NCBI GenBank assembly: GCA_035650655.1
Contig: DASRHG010000027.1
Coordinates: forward strand, 32,750 to 96,749
Length of the DNA stretch: 64,000 nucleotides
Origin: Candidatus Binatia bacterium
GTDB lineage: Bacteria; Desulfobacterota; Binatia; DP-6
Direction of reading: 5' to 3'
Shown: positions 60,614 through 64,000 of the stretch, piece after piece
Position numbering within the stretch: position 1 is the first letter of the stretch
Layout: the number at the start of each line of letters is the position of its first letter
Translations under genes and position numbers: made by a program
Notes under the pieces: generated by a model
What the model saw: only the letters and a program-made list of their open reading frames with translations
Database searches by the model: none
Told to the model about the DNA's origin: nothing

Positions 60614-62577
60614 CGCGCGGCCCCCCCGTGCACGAGGAGGAGCCCGCCCTGGCCGTCGACGCGCGCCGTCCACCGCGGGGGCACGAGGGTCGTCGCGCTG
60701 TACTCGCAGACGACCGCGGGCCCCGGCACGCGCGTCCCCGGCCCGAGGTCGTCGCGCCGCCACACCGTCGCCACGCGCGGCCCGGCCTCGAAGACGACGG
60801 GCCGGCGGGCGACGGGTGCCGGGCGCGGCCGGCGCCGGAGCCGCTCCTCGGGAACGCGGGCCCGCCCGCCGCGGGCGCGGACGCGGACGGTCACCACCTC
60901 GACGGCGCGCGCCGGGTCCGCGTGACCGAACCGCCGGGCGTGCAAACGGTGGAAGGCGGCGCGCCACCCCGGCGTGAACGGCACCGAGAGCTCGTAGGAT
61001 TGCCCGACGTAGCGCACGTCGACGACGCGCTCGAGGACCGGCGAGGCAACGCCTTCGCGGCGGAGGTCCCGCCGCGCGCGCGCCTCGAGCGGGCGCAACG
61101 CCCGGGCGATCTCGGCCGTGGCGGGCGCCGTCCGGCGGAGCGTCTGCCCGTAGTCGCGCACGATCTCCGCGGACAGCACGCCGAGCGCCGAGAGGAGCCC
61201 CGGATGCCTCGGCACGTACACGCGGCCGACGCCGAGCGCCGCGGCCAGATCGGCCGCGTGCAGGCCGCCCGCGCCGCCGAACGCGAGCAGGGTGAAGTCG
61301 CGCGGATCGTGTCCGCGTTCGACGGTGATGACGCGGATCGCACGCTCCATCGCCGCGTTCGCGACCCGCACGATGCCGGCCGCGGCCGCGACGAGCGAGC
61401 GCCGGAGGCGGCGCGCGAGGGGCACGAGCGCGGCCTCGGCGCGCCGCCGGTCGAGGACGAGCGCGCCGCCGAGGAACTCCGTCTCGACGAGCCGGCCGAG
61501 GACGAGGTTCGCGTCGGTGACGGTGGGGCGCGTGCCACGGCCGTAGCAGGCGGGGCCGGGATCGGCGCCCGCGCTCTCCGGGCCGACCCGGAGCGCCCCG
61601 CCGGCGTCGATCCGCGCGAGCGACCCACCGCCCGCGCCGACGGTCTGGATGTCGACCGTCGGGACCCGAACGGGCACGCCGTCGATCGTCGTCTCGGTCC
61701 GGTAGTCGGGCTCCCCGTCGACCAGGCTCACGTCGGCCGACGTCCCACCCATGTCGAGCGTGATGATGCGGGTGAGCCCCGCGCGACGCGCGCGGTCGGC
61801 CGCGCCGACGACGCCGCCGGCCGGCCCCGACAGGATCGTCCGGACGGGCTCCCGCGCGGCCGCCGACGCGGCGACGAGGCCGCCGCTCGACTGCATCACG
61901 GCGACGCGGCCGCGGACGCCGGCGACGAGTGTCCCCAGGTGGCGGGTCATCACCGGGCCGACGTAGGCGTTCACCACCGTCGTCGAGACGCGCTCGTACT
62001 CGCGGTACTCCCGTAGGAGGCGGTGCGAGAGGGTCACGTGGAGGCCGCGCGGGGCGAGCGCCCGCCCCAGCCGGCGCTCGTGCGCCGGGACCGCGTAGCT
62101 GTGGAGCAGGCAGACGGCGATCGCGTCGGGCCGCGCGCGGGTGACCCCGCGGAGCGCCGCGGCGACGGCGCGCGCACCGAGCGGCGTCTCGACGCGGCCG
62201 TCCGCGAGCACGCGCTCGCGGACGCCGATCCGCCGGGCGCGCGGCACGAGCGGGAGCGGCCGGACGGGCTCGAGCGCGTACAGCACGGGCCGCGTCTGGC
62301 GACCGATCTCGAGCACGTCCTCGAAGCCGGCGGTGGTGAGGAGGACGACGCGTGCGCCGCGGCGCTCGAGGAGCGCGTTCGTGGCGACCGTGGACCCGTA
62401 GTGGAGACGGACGGCGGTGCGGGCGGCGAGGCGCTCGACGCCCGCGCGCACCGCGGCCGCGGGGTCGCGCGGGGTCGAGCGGAGCTTCAGGACGCGGAGC
62501 GCGCCGTCGACGACGGCGACGAGGTCCGTGAAGGTGCCGCCGGTGTCGACGCCGACGAGAACGGGCGGGGCGCTCAG
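60610..62577 (-). CDS. hyuA: hydantoinase A / oxoprolinase-family protein; probable CTG start
   Basis: The N-terminal motif [11 protein letters not shown] lies 8 codons after CTG 62577, and this CTG overlaps the upstream stop (CTGA). No ATG/GTG/TTG lies between the Zn-ribbon gene and the motif. A later DMGGTSADV motif is present. Confidence 0.85.
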   Translation of the reverse strand: MSAPPVLVGVDTGGTFTDLVAVVDGALRVLKLRSTPRDPAAAVRAGVERLAARTAVRLHYGSTVATNALLERRGARVVLLTTAGFEDVLEIGRQTRPVLYALEPVRPLPLVPRARRIGVRERVLADGRVETPLGARAVAAALRGVTRARPDAIAVCLLHSYAVPAHERRLGRALAPRGLHVTLSHRLLREYREYERVSTTVVNAYVGPVMTRHLGTLVAGVRGRVAVMQSSGGLVAASAAAREPVRTILSGPAGGVVGAADRARRAGLTRIITLDMGGTSADVSLVDGEPDYRTETTIDGVPVRVPTVDIQTVGAGGGSLARIDAGGALRVGPESAGADPGPACYGRGTRPTVTDANLVLGRLVETEFLGGALVLDRRRAEAALVPLARRLRRSLVAAAAGIVRVANAAMERAIRVITVERGHDPRDFTLLAFGGAGGLHAADLAAALGVGRVYVPRHPGLLSALGVLSAEIVRDYGQTLRRTAPATAEIARALRPLEARARRDLRREGVASPVLERVVDVRYVGQSYELSVPFTPGWRAAFHRLHARRFGHADPARAVEVVTVRVRARGGRARVPEERLRRRPRPAPVARRPVVFEAGPRVATVWRRDDLGPGTRVPGPAVVCEYSATTLVPPRWTARVDGQGGLLLVHGGAAR

Positions 62578-62876
62578 GACGACGACTTCTCGCCGCCGGT
62601 CGTCGCGGCCTTCGACGGGGACGCGTCCGAGGCCGCGGACTTGCTCTCGCCGCCCGCCGACTCCCCGGCGCCGGACGACTTCCCGCCGTTGCCGCTGCCG
62701 CTCCGCGCGTAGTCCGTCGCGTACCAGCCGGTGCCCTTCAGCTGGAAGCTCGTGTTCGAGATGAGGCGGCGGACCTTCCCGCGGCAGCGGGGACAGCGGG
62801 CGAGCGGCGGATCGGTGATCCGCTGCATCTCCTCGAAATCCCCGCACTTTTCGCAACGATACTCGTAGATCGGCAT
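62574..62876 (-). CDS. FmdB-family CxxC-CxxC zinc-ribbon protein with Gly/Ser-rich tail
   Basis: The sequence is [12 protein letters not shown]....CPRCRG, followed by a low-complexity tail. Confidence 0.85.
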   Translation of the reverse strand: MPIYEYRCEKCGDFEEMQRITDPPLARCPRCRGKVRRLISNTSFQLKGTGWYATDYARSGSGNGGKSSGAGESAGGESKSAASDASPSKAATTGGEKSSS

Positions 62877-62933
62877 GGCGACGCGACTAGCTAATCATGC
62901 CCGATGGTCATGTCCAGGGAAAGCCGAAGGGCG

Positions 62934-63248
62934 TCACGAGCCGTGCATCCGCGCGTAGACGTCGAAGAGGCTCCGCACGACGAACGCCCGCACGAACTGG
63001 ATCGCGAGGATCAGCACGAGCGGGGAGAAGTCGATGCCCCCGGCGACGACGAAGGGGAGCCGCCGCCGGAGCTGGTAGAGGACCGGCTCCGTCGTGGCGT
63101 AGAGGAAGCGGACGATCGGGTTCCGGGGATCGGCGTTCACCCAGGACACGACCACGGCGCCGATCACGAGCCAGGTGTAGAACCAGAGCAGGCCCTCGAG
63201 CACCTGCGCCGTCGCGTAGACGAAATTCGCGAGGAGATCCTGGGGCAT
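62934..63248 (-). CDS. yggT: YggT-family membrane protein
   Basis: 104 aa with the pattern ..LLWFYTWLVIGAVVVSWV......NPIVRFLYATTEP.L...RR.LP...GIDFSPLV. Confidence 0.85.
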   Translation of the reverse strand: MPQDLLANFVYATAQVLEGLLWFYTWLVIGAVVVSWVNADPRNPIVRFLYATTEPVLYQLRRRLPFVVAGGIDFSPLVLILAIQFVRAFVVRSLFDVYARMHGS

Positions 63249-64000
63249 CTACGCCGCCGCCAGCTCGCGCGCGCGGCGCGTCGCGGCCTCGACCGCCGCG
63301 ATGATCGCGTCGCGGAAGTGGAGCGAGTCGAGCACGGAGAGCCCCGCGAGCGTCGTCCCGCCCGGCGACGTCACCATGTCGCGAAGCTCGCGCGAGGACA
63401 GGCCACTCTCGACGAGCATCGCCGCGGCGCCCCCGAGCGTCGCGTAGGCGAGCTGCGTCGCGAGCGTCTGCGAGAGCCCGCCCCGGATTCCACCCTCGAT
63501 CAGGCCTTCGGCGAAGAGGTAGACGAACGCCGGCCCGCTCCCGGAGAGCGCGGTGACGGCGTCGAGCAGGTCCTCGCCCGTGATCGACACGGCCTCGCCG
63601 ACGGCCTTGAAGAGCTTCAACGTGTGCTTCAGGTCGGCGGGCGTCGCCTTCGTGCCCGCGACGGCCACCGACACGCCCCGGCCCACGAGCACGGGCGTGT
63701 TCGGCATGACCCGGACGACGCGCGCCTGGCCGCCGAGGCCGGTCTCGAGACGCCGGAGCGGGAAGCCCGCCGCGATCGAGATGAAGAGCTTGCGCGGATT
63801 CACCTCGGCCCGGATCTCCTCGAGCACGGACGCCATGATCTGCGGCTTCACGGCGAGGACGACGGTCTGTGAGTGCCGGACGAGCTCGTGGTTGTCGCGC
63901 GTGAACTCCACCTTGTGGAGCCGCTTCATGCGCCGGAGCTGCGCGTCGACCGGGTCGCTCACCCACACGTCGTCGGGCGCGTACTGACCGGCCCGCAGGA
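63249..64000 (-). CDS. proC: pyrroline-5-carboxylate reductase (N-terminus outside window)
   Basis: Motifs are VVLAVKPQ, VVRVMPNTP, SGSGPAFV and VTSPGGTT. The frame stays open to the window edge, and its stop abuts the yggT start. Confidence 0.9.
   Translation of the reverse strand, partial: LRAGQYAPDDVWVSDPVDAQLRRMKRLHKVEFTRDNHELVRHSQTVVLAVKPQIMASVLEEIRAEVNPRKLFISIAAGFPLRRLETGLGGQARVVRVMPNTPVLVGRGVSVAVAGTKATPADLKHTLKLFKAVGEAVSITGEDLLDAVTALSGSGPAFVYLFAEGLIEGGIRGGLSQTLATQLAYATLGGAAAMLVESGLSSRELRDMVTSPGGTTLAGLSVLDSLHFRDAIIAAVEAATRRARELAAA

Noticed and set aside
1-64000. I searched for CRISPR arrays, rRNA genes, transposases, integrases, IS inverted repeats and phage structural genes.
   Set aside because: By eye I saw no regularly spaced direct repeats, no rRNA-like conserved blocks, and no DDE, tyrosine- or serine-recombinase or phage-like ORFs. 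This was a visual inspection only, so short or degenerate elements could be missed.

Overview
Very GC-rich bacterial chromosomal segment (GC judged by eye at about 70-75 %, not computed). It is almost fully coding: I support about 60 CDS and one tRNA-Val(CAC). I found no rRNA, CRISPR array, transposase, integrase or prophage genes. The window-spanning ORFs in the track (for example 20246..27454, 1008..5864, 31456..36804) are Arg/Ala/Gly-rich antisense artefacts typical of high-GC DNA. I chose real frames by recognisable family motifs, Shine-Dalgarno sequences, stop/start coupling and hand-counted third-codon-position GC. Content is mostly lipid and acyl-CoA metabolism: four family-III CoA-transferase units, two acyl-CoA dehydrogenases, an LLM oxidoreductase, an aldolase/SDR fusion, an APH-type kinase and hydantoinase A/B. 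There are also envelope and secreted proteins: PBP1A, GT4, two PQQ-sugar-dehydrogenase-like beta-propellers with Cys-rich repeats, a DUF1501/DUF1588-like pair, M3 and M16 peptidases and an RND exporter. The CGNGxxExGExCDDG Cys-rich repeat and the overall gene content suggest a Myxococcota or other 'delta-proteobacterial' soil lineage, which is inference only. The best candidates for poorly described systems are: (i) a membrane-anchored DUF2760-like protein plus two lid-less Hsp70 paralogues, with no J-protein or GrpE (33655-38788); (ii) an operon around a bacterial aeRF1-like release-factor homologue, with a degenerate LeuD-like protein, a CoA-binding protein and an 87-aa protein (5910-8501); (iii) an ATP-grasp/LMW-phosphotyrosine-phosphatase fusion coupled to a glycosyltransferase (18455-21291); and (iv) a five-gene coupled operon with an LvaA/LvaB-like kinase module and a 72-aa ORF that the track lists only inside a long artefact (43696-48433). 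Other observations include conserved N-termini that lie upstream of any ATG/GTG/TTG codon (probable CTG starts) and a CoA-transferase paralogue that appears to lack the catalytic Asp. I also note a collision of two convergent coding signals without stop codons, an HMGA-like AT-hook mini-protein, and a C2H2-spaced C-D-H-H motif in a secreted protein. All family assignments come from motif recognition by eye; no database search was possible.
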